64,000 nucleotides of DNA from positions 864,001-928,000 of the forward strand of contig CAVUVW010000013.1 of NCBI GenBank assembly GCA_963745035.1, written 5' to 3'. The notes below the pieces were generated by a model that was not told the origin of the DNA, did not search any database, and was given only the letters and a program-made list of their open reading frames with translations. The position numbers and the translations under genes are program-made. Positions 10,321 through 19,595 of the stretch are shown here, one piece after another. Position 1 is the first letter of the stretch. Every line of letters starts with the position of its first letter. The DNA comes from an uncultured delta proteobacterium. Lineage in GTDB: Bacteria > Desulfobacterota > Binatia > UBA9968.

Positions 10321-11956
10321 CTATGCCTCGATCTGTCCGGCGATCTGCTGGATCTTGATGACCACGAACTCGGCCGGTTTGAGCGGCGCGAAGCCGACGA
10401 CGATGTTGACCACGCCGCGGTTGATGTCGTCCTGGGTCGTGGTCTCGCGGTCGCATTTGACGAAGTAGGCTTCCTGCGGCGTCTTGCCCTGAAACGCGCC
10501 CTGGCGAAACAGGTTGTGCATGAACGCGCCGATGTTCAGGCGGATCTGCGCCCAGAGCGGCTCGTCATTGGGCTCGAACACCACCCACTGGGTGCCGCGA
10601 TACAGACTTTCTTCAAGGAATAGCGTCGTCCGTCGTACCGGCACGTATTTCCATTGCGACGCCAGCACGTCCGAGCCTTCGAGAGTGCGCGCGCCCCAGA
10701 CCACATGGCCCACCGCCGGAAAGCTGCGCAGGCAATTGATGCCGAGCGGATTGAAATCGCCGTTCTCTTTATCATTGAGCGCGATCGCCACGCCGGCCAC
10801 CGAAGTGCCGGCGACGCCGCGCAAGCTCGCTTCGAGACCGGCCGGCGCCTTCCACACGCCGCGCTCGGCGTCAGTGCGGCTCATGACGCCGGCGACGATG
10901 CCGCAGGGCGCGAAGTCGTCGAGGCTGCCCTCCTGCAACGGATCGGGAATCTTGACCGTGGGGAAGTACAGCGCCGCGTTTTTGCGTACGATGCCGCTGA
11001 AGTCACCGACCTTTTTCGCCGGATAGTTGGCGCTGGAGGAATCGAGCACCCAGCCGCGCGGCGCATCGACGATCAACAAGGCGCGCCGGTCTTCGCAGAG
11101 CTTGGCGGCCTTCTCCAAGGTCCCGGCGATCGGTACGTCGACCACCGTATTGGGCACGGTGCTCGGCGCGGTAACGATGGTGAGCGGTGGGATACACATC
11201 AAATTGAAAATATCGGCCTTGAGCAGCGCGTAGATGCCGGTTTTCGCGGTTTCACTGCCCTCGATCTCCGCGGCAGCCGCCGCCGGCGTGGTCGCCGCGA
11301 CGCCGTCGTTGCCGCCGGTCGCGGTCGCGGGAACGGTCGTTTCAGCGGGCCGCGCGGTGCCGGCCGAAACCAGACGAACCAAGGTCGACTGTTCTTCCAA
11401 GATCTTGCCGACATAGCGCCCGCTGTTGGGATCCCGCGAGACATTGAGAAAAACTTCTCGCGCGCCGCTGCCGCCGCGCTTGGCGCCGTCAAGAAACTTC
11501 GCCGCATCGTCGAGAACCGTTAGATTGAAAAGATTGTCGTCCGGCGGCGGCGTGACGCTGGTCGCGTCCTTGGTCTTGTGATCCACCGTGGCGACTAGAT
11601 TGCGCCCCCAGGTGCCCGGGCTTGAGGCGCGCAGCATATTGGTGCCGCCGAGATCGATCTGCGCCGGTGCTGCGGCGTCGCCGCCGCTGCGCGCCGCCAC
11701 CCGCACCACCAGCGCCTGGCTGCCGCCGTTGGTGAAATACTGCCGCACCGCATAGCTCATCATGCTGGCGCGCCACAGGCCGCCGAAGATGCGCTCGTAG
11801 TCGGCCGCGCTATTGATTTTCACCGGCTCGTCCATCGGCCCCTTCCAGGCGCGGCCGATAAATGCCGTGATCGCCGTCGGCACGCCGGTGATCGTGCGCA
11901 CGCCGCTCGGTAATCTCCTCGATGTAAACGCCCGGATAACTCAGTGCTGCCGGCAT
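10321..11956 (-). CDS. Contractile tail sheath protein; frameshift near 11910
   Basis: MPAALSYPGVYIEEI/..RTITGVPTAITAFIGR..RGVWKAPAG..VVWGARTL..WKYVPVRR..VFEPNDEPLW..VGFAPLKPAEFVVIKI; RBS GAGGAGG. Confidence 0.95.
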
Positions 11957-12000
11957 GAATCGCCCTCCTCTTGGTTTTGCGGCACTCCGCGAATGTTCGG

Positions 12001-12322
12001 CTATTTCGACATACGCGCCCGAGCCGCTCAAGAACGCTTGGATCTCCGTCATTTTTTCTTTGCTGATCCCGTAGATTTCTTCCGCTTGCTGAAGCTTGCG
12101 GCTGATGAGCCAGCCGTTGGCCGTCAAACTCTTTAGCGCCGCTTTGACTTCATCCACGCGCCAGCGCGCTTCCCCCGCCGGAAACCACCAGCGGAGAATT
12201 CCGTCGACGGTGTCCTTGGCGTCCGGATGCTCGACACAATATTTCAGTATGGCGCGCGTCAATTCTTCTTGGCGTTGGCTCTCGTCGTCGGCGTGCGTCG
12301 GTTGTCCCAACACATCTTTCAC
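12001..12322 (-). CDS. Small wHTH-like hypothetical protein leading the eCIS operon; ends uncertain
   Basis: ILKYCVEHPDAKDTVDGILRWW..VKAALKSLTANGWL; reads on into the sheath N-terminus as assembled; TAG at 12001-12003 in an adjacent frame. Confidence 0.65.
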
Positions 12323-12335
12323 TCGCATCGAGCAG

Positions 12336-12352
12336 AGCAAAGCGAACGCCAA
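12336..12352 (-). promoter_or_regulatory. sigma54 (-24/-12) promoter of the eCIS operon
   Basis: Minus strand TTGGCGTTCGCTTTGCT = TGGC-N7-TTGCT with exact GG-N10-GC spacing, just upstream of the first gene. Confidence 0.65.
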
Positions 12353-12482
12353 CGAAGATTTTGGCGCAACGTATGAATGCAGCGAAAATTATTTTTCGCG
12401 CCATCGAACCCGCAGCGGCGCAAGCGCCGCAGGCGAAGCGATCAGATTAGAAAAAAACTAAGAGGATTGATGATTTGGCTCT

Positions 12483-12594
12483 GCGGCATTTTCACCGCGC
12501 GGCGCGGCGACACTGCCGCAGCGGAATGCGAGCCAATTTACAGTGAAGATGGTAGTGATCCGAAGTGAAGCACACGCCGCGGGAAAAATGTAGC
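12483..12594. promoter_or_regulatory. Candidate upstream activator sequences GCGG-N8-CCGC
   Basis: GCGGCATTTTCACCGC (12483-98) and GCGGCGACACTGCCGC (12504-19) are 21 bp apart; degenerate third GCGGGAAAAATGTAGC (12579-94). Confidence 0.45.
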
Positions 12595-12697
12595 AGACCG
12601 GAAGGTAGCCTGTCTGAGCGAGCCGAAGGGAATCATGAACGTGTTTTCATACAGTCTGGCGTAAAGCACGGCAGCGGCCATGATCAAACACGCTCAG

Positions 12698-12948
12698 CTA
12701 TGCATCGTCATCGGTCCTTAGCCGAGCGTTCCATAACACCGCCACGGCGATCAGCGTAGTCAGCACGGAGGCGGCGAAGACCGCGACCTTGGCGGCGGCG
12801 AAATCGGCCGCCTCCGGAAACGCCTGTCCGGCAATGACCGCCACATCGTAGCCGGTGCCCGCCAACGCGCCGGCCCCACCGAGTTGGCGTTGGAACCAAG
12901 AATATGGTTCCGCGCGTCGTCAACTGGACGATCGAGACGAGTGCTCAT
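12698..12948 (-). pseudogene. nhaA: Internally deleted remnant of a DsbA-fused Na+/H+ antiporter NhaA gene
   Basis: N-terminus [18 protein letters not shown] lies next to C-terminus [35 protein letters not shown] (different frame); the middle is absent. Confidence 0.6.
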
Positions 12949-13040
12949 GCCATGCGCACTCTAGCAAATTTGCCAAAGGGATTCTCCGGGTATGTCGGCG
13001 CACGGCGGCGCCAAAAGGTAGGACGGCGAGCTCTTGCCGG

Positions 13041-14039
13041 CTATCTCGGCTCATAGAGCCGCTTGATGAATCCGCTTTTGTCGAGCTCGGCGACGAAGCT
13101 GGTATCGACGAATTCTTCCGGTTTGTGGTTGCGGATCTCGGGTCGTCTCGCCGCGGCGATTTCGTAGATGGCGTCGAGTCCTTTCGTAATCGGATAAGGC
13201 GCGGCAATGAAGTCTTCTTTGAAAATGGCGTACGCGCCGTCCAAATACTCCGCATCGCTGGTGCGGAAATATTTGGCCAAGACTTTCTGGCTGAAGTTTT
13301 TGTTCTGCTTCAAATAAGCGATGCCTTCAACATAAGAGCGGACCACGCGCATCACCGTGTCGCGGTCTTCGCGGATCGTTTTGCGCCGCGTCACCACCGA
13401 TGCGGTCGGATAAACGATTTCCTTCCGTGCATCGAGCAAAGGACGAAAACCCCTGCGCTCCGCCTGGGCATCGGCCGGATATGTTAAATCAGCAGCATCG
13501 ACCGCGCCGTTGAGCAGCGCCTGGAGGCGCTCACCCGTGTTGCCGACGGCAAGCCAAAACACTTCGCGGTTGGTGTCGATGCCGTTCTTGCGGAGCACGT
13601 ATCCAAAGAGTAAATCGCCCGCAGATCCCAGGCTCGATATACCGATCTTTTTGCCTTTGAGATCTTCGATCTTGCGAATTTCGGGCTTCACCATCAGCTT
13701 GCTGCTCTGCACGGCGATGCCGTGAGCGACATTCACCAGATCGGCGCCGTTGAGATTCGCCAACATGACGGCGGGCAGCGCAACCGAGGACGCAAACAGG
13801 CTGCCCGCCACCATCGCCTGCGAGGTCTGGCCCGAGCCGCGCAGCAAAACCAACTCGACGTCGAGGCCGTTTTTTTCGAAGAGCTTGGCGTCTTTGGCGA
13901 CGTACGGGATCCACAAGGTCGGCGACAGTGTCGAAACGCCCCAATAGATTTTTTTCAGCGGCTTGTCCTGCGCCGCGCTCTGTTGCACAACCGCCGCCGC
14001 AAGAAGTAAAGCGATCCAACTGAATTTCATTTGGCGCAT
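13041..14039 (-). CDS. ABC substrate-binding protein, NMT1/SsuA-like
   Basis: Signal peptide; LFEKNGLDVELV..DLKGKKIGISSLGS..LQALLNGAVDAA. Confidence 0.88.
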   Translation of the reverse strand: MRQMKFSWIALLLAAAVVQQSAAQDKPLKKIYWGVSTLSPTLWIPYVAKDAKLFEKNGLDVELVLLRGSGQTSQAMVAGSLFASSVALPAVMLANLNGADLVNVAHGIAVQSSKLMVKPEIRKIEDLKGKKIGISSLGSAGDLLFGYVLRKNGIDTNREVFWLAVGNTGERLQALLNGAVDAADLTYPADAQAERRGFRPLLDARKEIVYPTASVVTRRKTIREDRDTVMRVVRSYVEGIAYLKQNKNFSQKVLAKYFRTSDAEYLDGAYAIFKEDFIAAPYPITKGLDAIYEIAAARRPEIRNHKPEEFVDTSFVAELDKSGFIKRLYEPR

Positions 14040-14213
14040 CACGGCTATCTTAATATGGTCTTGCCGCTGAGTGTTTGCGACATTGATCATTCACTAATCG
14101 AGATCGCCGCGCCCTGTCAATATTGCACCGCCGAATTGGTTTGATCGGAGTACGGAGCGAGCAGGCCTTAGGAGTTTGGCAGGTACACGTTGCTGGTCTA
14201 AGACTTAGTCTGC

Positions 14214-14251
14214 TTGCCACCCTTGCCGGCGTGTGATTACAATGTAACCAC
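14214..14251 (+). promoter_or_regulatory. sigma70 promoter with overlapping palindromic operator of the TA module
   Basis: TTGCCA-N18-TACAAT; inverted repeat GTGATTAC-AAT-GTAACCAC (14233-14251) over the -10. Confidence 0.6.
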
Positions 14252-14261
14252 AGAGGGTCAA

Positions 14262-14513
14262 ATGAAAAGCCGCATTGTTCAGATCGGTAATTCGCGGGGC
14301 ATACGCCTGCCAAAGACGCTTTTAGAACAAGCCCAGCTCGTCGACGAAGTCGAGTTGGAGGCCGAGCCTGGTCGTATTGTGATTCGCAAAGGGAGGCGCC
14401 CTCGTGCGGGCTGGGCCGCTGCAGCTCGCCAGATGCATGAACGAGGCGAAGACCAGCTTCTTGATCCCACGACGCCAACACAATTTGACGAGAAAGAGTG
14501 GAAGTGGCGATAG
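14262..14513 (+). CDS. mazE: AbrB/MazE family antitoxin
   Basis: MKSRIVQIGNSRGIRLPK..PRAGW..FDEKEWKW. Confidence 0.9.
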   Translation: MKSRIVQIGNSRGIRLPKTLLEQAQLVDEVELEAEPGRIVIRKGRRPRAGWAAAARQMHERGEDQLLDPTTPTQFDEKEWKWR

Positions 14514-14842
14514 AATACCCAGTGGCAGCGCGGGGTGAAGTCTACCTCGTTCAGCTTGATCCGACGCGGGGTAGCGAAATTCGTAAAACGCGCCCTTGTC
14601 TTGTGGTATCACCAGACGAGTTGAATGACCATCTGCGCACCGTGATCGTTGCGCCCATGACGACCGGAGGGCAAGCTTACCCATGGCGCGTTCAGTGTCG
14701 ATTCCAGGGCCGAAGTGGATTTGTCGCCACGGACCAACTTCGTACGGTCGATACTGCGCGACTAACGCGGCGACTGGGACGCTTGGCTCCCAACTCGGTA
14801 ACGGCGGTCTTGTCCATCTTGGAGGAGATGTTTGCGCCGTGA
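14498..14842 (+). CDS. mazF: PemK/MazF family endoribonuclease toxin
   Basis: RGEVYLVQLDPTRGSEIRKTRPCLVVSPDELN..DQLRTVD..RL; overlaps the antitoxin. Confidence 0.92.
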   Translation: MEVAIEYPVAARGEVYLVQLDPTRGSEIRKTRPCLVVSPDELNDHLRTVIVAPMTTGGQAYPWRVQCRFQGRSGFVATDQLRTVDTARLTRRLGRLAPNSVTAVLSILEEMFAP

Positions 14843-14884
14843 ACAAAATACCGCGCTACCCGGCGCTTCAGACGATCGCTCTCG

Positions 14885-15151
14885 CTCGCAAAACCCAGCG
14901 AATACATGACCGGCGGCTGCTTCTTCGCCAGCCTCGTGATTCACGAAGGCGAGAAGATGGTGAAAATGGTCACGGACTTCCTCGGCGACGGCGTGCTAAT
15001 GTACTCGTCCGACTACCCCCACGCCGAATCCCGCTTTCCCGAGTCCACAAAGAAAGTGCTCGCCTGGAAATCTCTCGGCGCCGAGGTCATGCGGAAAATG
15101 CTCTGGGACAACGCGACGGAGTGTTTCGGGAGCCGTAGCGGAAGCCGGTAG
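14885..15151 (+). pseudogene. C-terminal fragment of an amidohydrolase-2 family gene
   Basis: RKPSEYMTGG..LMYSSDYPHAESRFPES..KMLWDNA; no N-terminal part. Confidence 0.7.
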
Positions 15152-15167
15152 TGGTTCAGTTAGGGAA

Positions 15168-15261
15168 GGATCTCTCACGGAGTCTACCCCGAGCCCGTAC
15201 CGAAGGGTTCGAGATGACAGCTCATTATTCTGTTGTCATTCCGGGCGGATGCGAGGAATCT
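15168..15261. repeat. Dispersed MITE/REP-like element (TGTCATTYCG..GAATCT type); related copies near 38044-38095, 49146-49192, 53166-53218
   Basis: ggatctctc..ttcgagatgaca followed by tgtcattccgggcggatgcgaggaatct; compare tgtcatttcgactcc..cgggagaatct at 38044. Confidence 0.45.
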
Positions 15262-15454
15262 TTCCCTTAGGTACGATTCACAGAAAAGTCAAACGGCACT
15301 ACTACGCGAAACCCCCTCCCATGCCCATGTGGTCGGGTATATTAGGGTTTCGCAGACCTGGATATTACGGCAGGAGAGAAGGGGACAAAACATTCGACAA
15401 GGGGTTGGAAACTGAGGAGAATCCAACCGCTCTATTAATCTAAGAATCGTTAAT

Positions 15455-15483
15455 CGCAGACCCTGTAAACTCACAAGTTAGGC
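15455..15483 (+). mobile_element. attI-like integron recombination site / 5' core site of cassette 1
   Basis: cgcagaccctgtaaactcacaaGTTAGGC: GTTRRRY core with no attC hairpin upstream; GTTAGG is complementary to CCTAAC of the next attC. Confidence 0.55.
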
Positions 15484-15514
15484 TGCATCGCGCTCGCGTG
15501 AATCTGGACAACAC

Positions 15515-15943
15515 ATGACCAACGAACAGAGGCTCACAAAGATTGAGGCGAGACACGCCGCCAATCCGACTTGGCAGTGGTTCAATCGGGCCAGCAATGC
15601 TTATTGGAGATTTGCGGGCCGAGTCGCTGGTTACTTTCCTCGAGCGCTAGGGCGAGTTCGGAGCACCAACCCGATTGTCGGTATCGCTCGGCTCACTTTT
15701 GTATTGGTTGCTGGTTTTCTTATCGTGCCTCCGCTTTACTTAGTGCTTGGCCCTCTTGTTCAGATTATGCTCGTCATCATCGCACTCATATGGACATGTA
15801 TGGCTGGTGTATTTGGCTGGAATCGTCCGACTACACAGTTGGCAGAGCCCATCGCACGGGAGGAAACATTACAGATGACAGGAAAGCACTTGATATCTAT
15901 ACCAAGAGTGCAGTCCAGGGCGCCAAACAAGAATACCATTTGA
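15515..15943 (+). CDS. Integron cassette 1, ORF a: hypothetical membrane protein (about 2 TM helices)
   Basis: ATG about 30 nt after GTTAGGC; hydrophobic stretches LTFVLVAGFLIVPPLYLVL and IMLVIIALIWTCMAGVF; AT-richer than the flanks. Confidence 0.6.
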   Translation: MTNEQRLTKIEARHAANPTWQWFNRASNAYWRFAGRVAGYFPRALGRVRSTNPIVGIARLTFVLVAGFLIVPPLYLVLGPLVQIMLVIIALIWTCMAGVFGWNRPTTQLAEPIAREETLQMTGKHLISIPRVQSRAPNKNTI

Positions 15944-15977
15944 GTGGAAAATTCCTGGAAAGGTCTCAGTAGGCTTT

Positions 15978-16211
15978 ATGTTGGTCGACAGAGCAGGGTA
16001 TTTCGTTTTTATGAAGATCAGGGTTGAGAAAAAACATTGGTGGAATCGTTCTTGGATAACTTGTACGGCAAAATCTCATGATCCCGCTGAAGCCGTGATT
16101 AATGCTTTAGGTATTTTAGAAACGCATGGATTCTACATCGATCATGACACAATTCAACTTGGAGAAGAAATTGGAGACCCCGCCTATTTCAAAAAGATTG
16201 GACTCAAGTAG
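15978..16211 (+). CDS. Integron cassette 1, ORF b: hypothetical protein
   Basis: 77 aa ORF whose stop abuts the attC R'' box; could be the 3' part of a frameshifted single gene. Confidence 0.5.
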   Translation: MLVDRAGYFVFMKIRVEKKHWWNRSWITCTAKSHDPAEAVINALGILETHGFYIDHDTIQLGEEIGDPAYFKKIGLK

Positions 16212-16213
16212 GC

Positions 16214-16295
16214 ACCTAACCAAGCGGCTTGAAACGGATCTTCGAACCCGCTCGCTTCGCTCGCTAGCCTTATCCGTTCAGCCTTCGCGTTAGCT
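16214..16295 (+). mobile_element. attC site 1
   Basis: R'' ACCTAAC ... GGCTTGAAACGGAT / ATCCGTTCAGCC stem with two unpaired extrahelical bases ... R' GTTAGCT. Confidence 0.85.
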
Positions 16296-16308
16296 TGCCC
16301 AGTCCGAC

Positions 16309-17196
16309 GTGCACATGGAACAGAATAACACGCCTCCTCTCAACGAGTTTTTACCACAACAAAATCCACACAGGTACGCTAGTCCTGGCGAGTGTATATA
16401 TTGTGGTTCCGGAGAAAAACTTTGTGAGGAACATATAATTCCATATGCCCTCGGCGGCAAATTGGTTTTTGAAAATTCTAGCTGCGCAAGATGCGCCAAA
16501 GAAACAAGTAAATTTGAATTAACATGCATGAGAACGATGTATGGGCCACTCAGGTTGCTATATGAGATGCCGACGAGAAGGCCGAAAAAGAGGCCCAAAA
16601 GATTACCTCTGAAAGTGAAGTACACTCCGGATCAAAAAGTATGGGACATAGCTCTAGTCGAGCAAGAAAGATATCCGTTTTTAGTGACATTTCCGCAATT
16701 TGAAGCGCCTGGAATCATTGCTGGAAAGCAAATTCATGAGTCTGGTGGTCCGGCAACAAAGAAACTCTGGATTCGAGGTGCGTGCCCATACTCTACTTTC
16801 GATCAGCTGTTACCTAAATTGCTCAAAGACCTAAATGCCTGCGCAGCATTCCCGAATTCAAAGGCAGATGTGCCTGCTTTCTGTAGATTAATATGTAAAA
16901 TTGCTCACTCATACGCTTATGCAGAACTCGGAAACAATTTAGAATGGTATCTTCCTCCCATCATCAAGGAAGGCGCCTTGGATAACTGCATGCACTTCAT
17001 TGGATCAGTCAATAATTCGGAGCCGCCGGGCGATGATTTGCATAACCTGAATATAGTGCAATTCAGCAACTCCAATGCGGTGCTTGTTCGAGTCCGACTG
17101 TTGAGCAAACTTGGCACTCCATCGTACTTTGTTGCTGTCGGCGAATATAAGCAAGCTAACAAAGCGATTCAGGCGGACCCCCTGACAGTCCGCTGA
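16309..17196 (+). CDS. Integron cassette 2: HNH endonuclease domain protein
   Basis: CIYCGS..EEHIIPYALGG..CARC zinc-finger/HNH N-terminus; AT-rich; ORF runs into the attC. Confidence 0.8.
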   Translation: MHMEQNNTPPLNEFLPQQNPHRYASPGECIYCGSGEKLCEEHIIPYALGGKLVFENSSCARCAKETSKFELTCMRTMYGPLRLLYEMPTRRPKKRPKRLPLKVKYTPDQKVWDIALVEQERYPFLVTFPQFEAPGIIAGKQIHESGGPATKKLWIRGACPYSTFDQLLPKLLKDLNACAAFPNSKADVPAFCRLICKIAHSYAYAELGNNLEWYLPPIIKEGALDNCMHFIGSVNNSEPPGDDLHNLNIVQFSNSNAVLVRVRLLSKLGTPSYFVAVGEYKQANKAIQADPLTVR

Positions 17197-17211
17197 TCGT
17201 TAGTGTTAGAG
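17154..17211 (+). mobile_element. attC site 2
   Basis: R'' AGCTAAC (exact complement of the cassette's 5' GTTAGCT); ATTCAGGCGGAC / GTCCGCTGAT stem with two extrahelical bases; R' GTTAGAG. Confidence 0.85.
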
Positions 17212-17302
17212 AGTTTTTCTTCTGGTTTTGATCGATGGTTCCTCGGTTGTTAGCGGACTACTGCATTCAATAACGGCTCTCTTTCAGCCTTTCGGACCTG
17301 TA

Positions 17303-19320
17303 TTAGTCCTCCCGTCCCGCAGTCACCAGTGGTTCGATCACCACCGAAGGATCGAGCGGATTCTTCTTGCGCGCCGCTTCGATGTAGCTCTCGCCGTCTT
17401 CCGGCAACAGAAATCCTTCCTTGACCAATTCATCGACGGCGCGTTTGACGATGTCGACGTATGCCTGATGGGTTGGGTAGCGCTCTTCGATCGACAAACG
17501 CGGATCGCCTAGTTTTTCGCGCTCGGCTTTGGTGCGCGCGAAGGCTTTGATGCAGCCGTTGGTCATCATCAGCTCGCCTTCGGCGAAGCCGGCTTTTCTT
17601 AATCGCCCAGCCGATATAGGTTGCGATAGGCGCCTGCATGTCCGGATAGCGCACGCCGCCCAAATCATTGCCGTCGGCATCCACCTGCGGCACCTGGATC
17701 GGATACTCTTTTCCCGGCACCGCCTCGGGCGGGAAGATGCTCATGATGCCTTTGTCGTCGAAGTCGGGACCGTAGTTCCAGAGCGGCAAACGGCTCGGCG
17801 TTCTGGGCAGGTTGACACCGGGAATCTTGGGAAATTTTTTCAGCGCTTCTTCCGGCCATACCAATTCTCCGGCGTCGCGGCGCGGCACGCGGTTCGCCGG
17901 CGGCGCGACTCCTTCGCTCGCCCAGCGATCCATCAAGACAAAGCACGCGCGTAAGAACGGCTGCGGTGAAAAGTTGCTCGGCGGTAATTGTCCGACCCAG
18001 CGCGGATTGTCGGCGGCGATGGCCGCATGTGGCGAACCGGCGAGCATGTACATGCGCACATTGGTCGGAATCTCGGCGTCGCTGCCGTCGCGCGGATCGG
18101 TGTGGGTCATCGAGCCGTGCCGTTCCCAATACTCACTCGAAGTATGACAGTGCACGATCAGCGGGTCGGTCTCCGGACGTTTGAGCACGGCATCGACTTT
18201 GCCGGTGAACGGATCGGGGATGGGATTGAAATTGAACGGGTAGCGCTCGGAGGGATAGGAATGTTCCTCATGCTGGCGCGGATAGCGGCCGATTTGCGCG
18301 AAGCGCATGTTGCAGTACAACCGGCCGATGCCGGTATGCGTCTGCACCGCGTCGAAAACTTTGCGACCTTCGGCATCGCGGTTCCAGCCCTCGTAGATAA
18401 ATTCACGCACGACGCGGCCGGCGAGCGACGCGCCGTAGCCGTAGACCTTGTCCATTGAACCCGCGAGCGGATTGGCCGTGCCCGACGGAATCTTTCGTGC
18501 CGTACCGCAGAAATGAAACCAGATCGCGCAAGCCGAGAAATCCCAACCCCATCACGCGGGAGCCTTCGGTGTCGTAAATCAACTCATAAATCCAGCCGGT
18601 CTTGAATCCGCCTTTGACATAGAGATCGACGTTCGACGGCGTGAGCTCGACTTTGCCATCCTTTTCTTTTGCCTTGGCCAATTCCCAGTCGCTTGCCGGC
18701 ACCGGCACGCGCGGGTCCGCTTCCTTCTCGCGCATCGTCAATGTCGCCGTGGCGCGATCGAGCACGGGATAGCATTGAATATTGGCAGCGCCGCTGACTG
18801 GCATCGACAGCACACCCTTCTTGTCGGAAATGAATTCCTGACGTACCTTACCGCGCAGGGGTTGGCCGTTCCGGCGCGCCTCCGGTAAGAAGGCGATCAC
18901 GTTGGTGCCCGTGTAGATGAGATCGCCTTGCCAGCCTGCGGTGACCACGGTGTAGCCTTGTTTATTGAGGAACCCGTTACCGGCCGCGCTCGCTTTGGAA
19001 TAGTCGCCGCCGCCGTCGTTCAATCGGGTGAACGCTCCGCGCCCGCCGCGATTGGAGAAATCGAAAAGCAATTTCCGGTTGCCGCGGCTCAGATCGACGG
19101 GTTTCACGATGTCCAGAACGGCTTTGAACTCTACCAAGCCATCGGGATTGCGTGGCGCAAACTCCAGGTCGCAGACAAACGGCAGGTTTTTTTCATCAGG
19201 ATCGATGGCGAAAGAAACCATGCCGAGCAGGCGCTCATAGGGACCGGTGTTGCCGAAAGAAGCGCCGCCGCCAAAAGGCGATTTGCTTTCGAACTCGATG
19301 TGAATTTGATTGCGCGACAT
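17303..19320 (-). CDS. Alpha/beta hydrolase domain protein (about 670 aa); frameshifts near 18470 and 17600
   Basis: FGNTGPYERLLG..NGFLNKQGYTVVTAGWQGD / YGYGASLAGRVVREFIYEGWN / VPQVDADGNDLGGVR..DPRLSIEERYPT across three ORFs. Confidence 0.8.
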
Positions 19321-19595
19321 GATGCTGCTCCAAGAAAGTGAATTGACATCTCCCGCCGGCTTCGCTTCGACACGAATTCACGGCGAAGCTTGCGATTGCC
19401 GTTCGGGCGGCTTCCGTTCTACCCGAAGTTTGCAATTGATTACAACACATTCTTGCGGCCATGTGCTGCGCTATGCTATCGGCATGCTAATAACTCGCGA
19501 ATAGAAATTTCAGAATGCTTCGACAAGTCTCAGCACGAACGGAAAATGCTTGCACACGTGCTCCCCCGTTCGTTCTGACAGTCAGGAGAACCAAC

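Noticed and set aside
9701-11956. Prophage tail region or T6SS
   Set aside because: No capsid, terminase, integrase or TssJLM/ClpV genes; DUF4255, an Afp15-like ATPase and DUF4157 point to eCIS.
14214-14842. MazEF as an integron cassette
   Set aside because: No attC hairpin after mazF, and it lies upstream of the attI-like site.
17212-17300. Third attC or cassette
   Set aside because: An AATAAC and a GTTAGC are present, but not in R''..R' order with a pairing stem.
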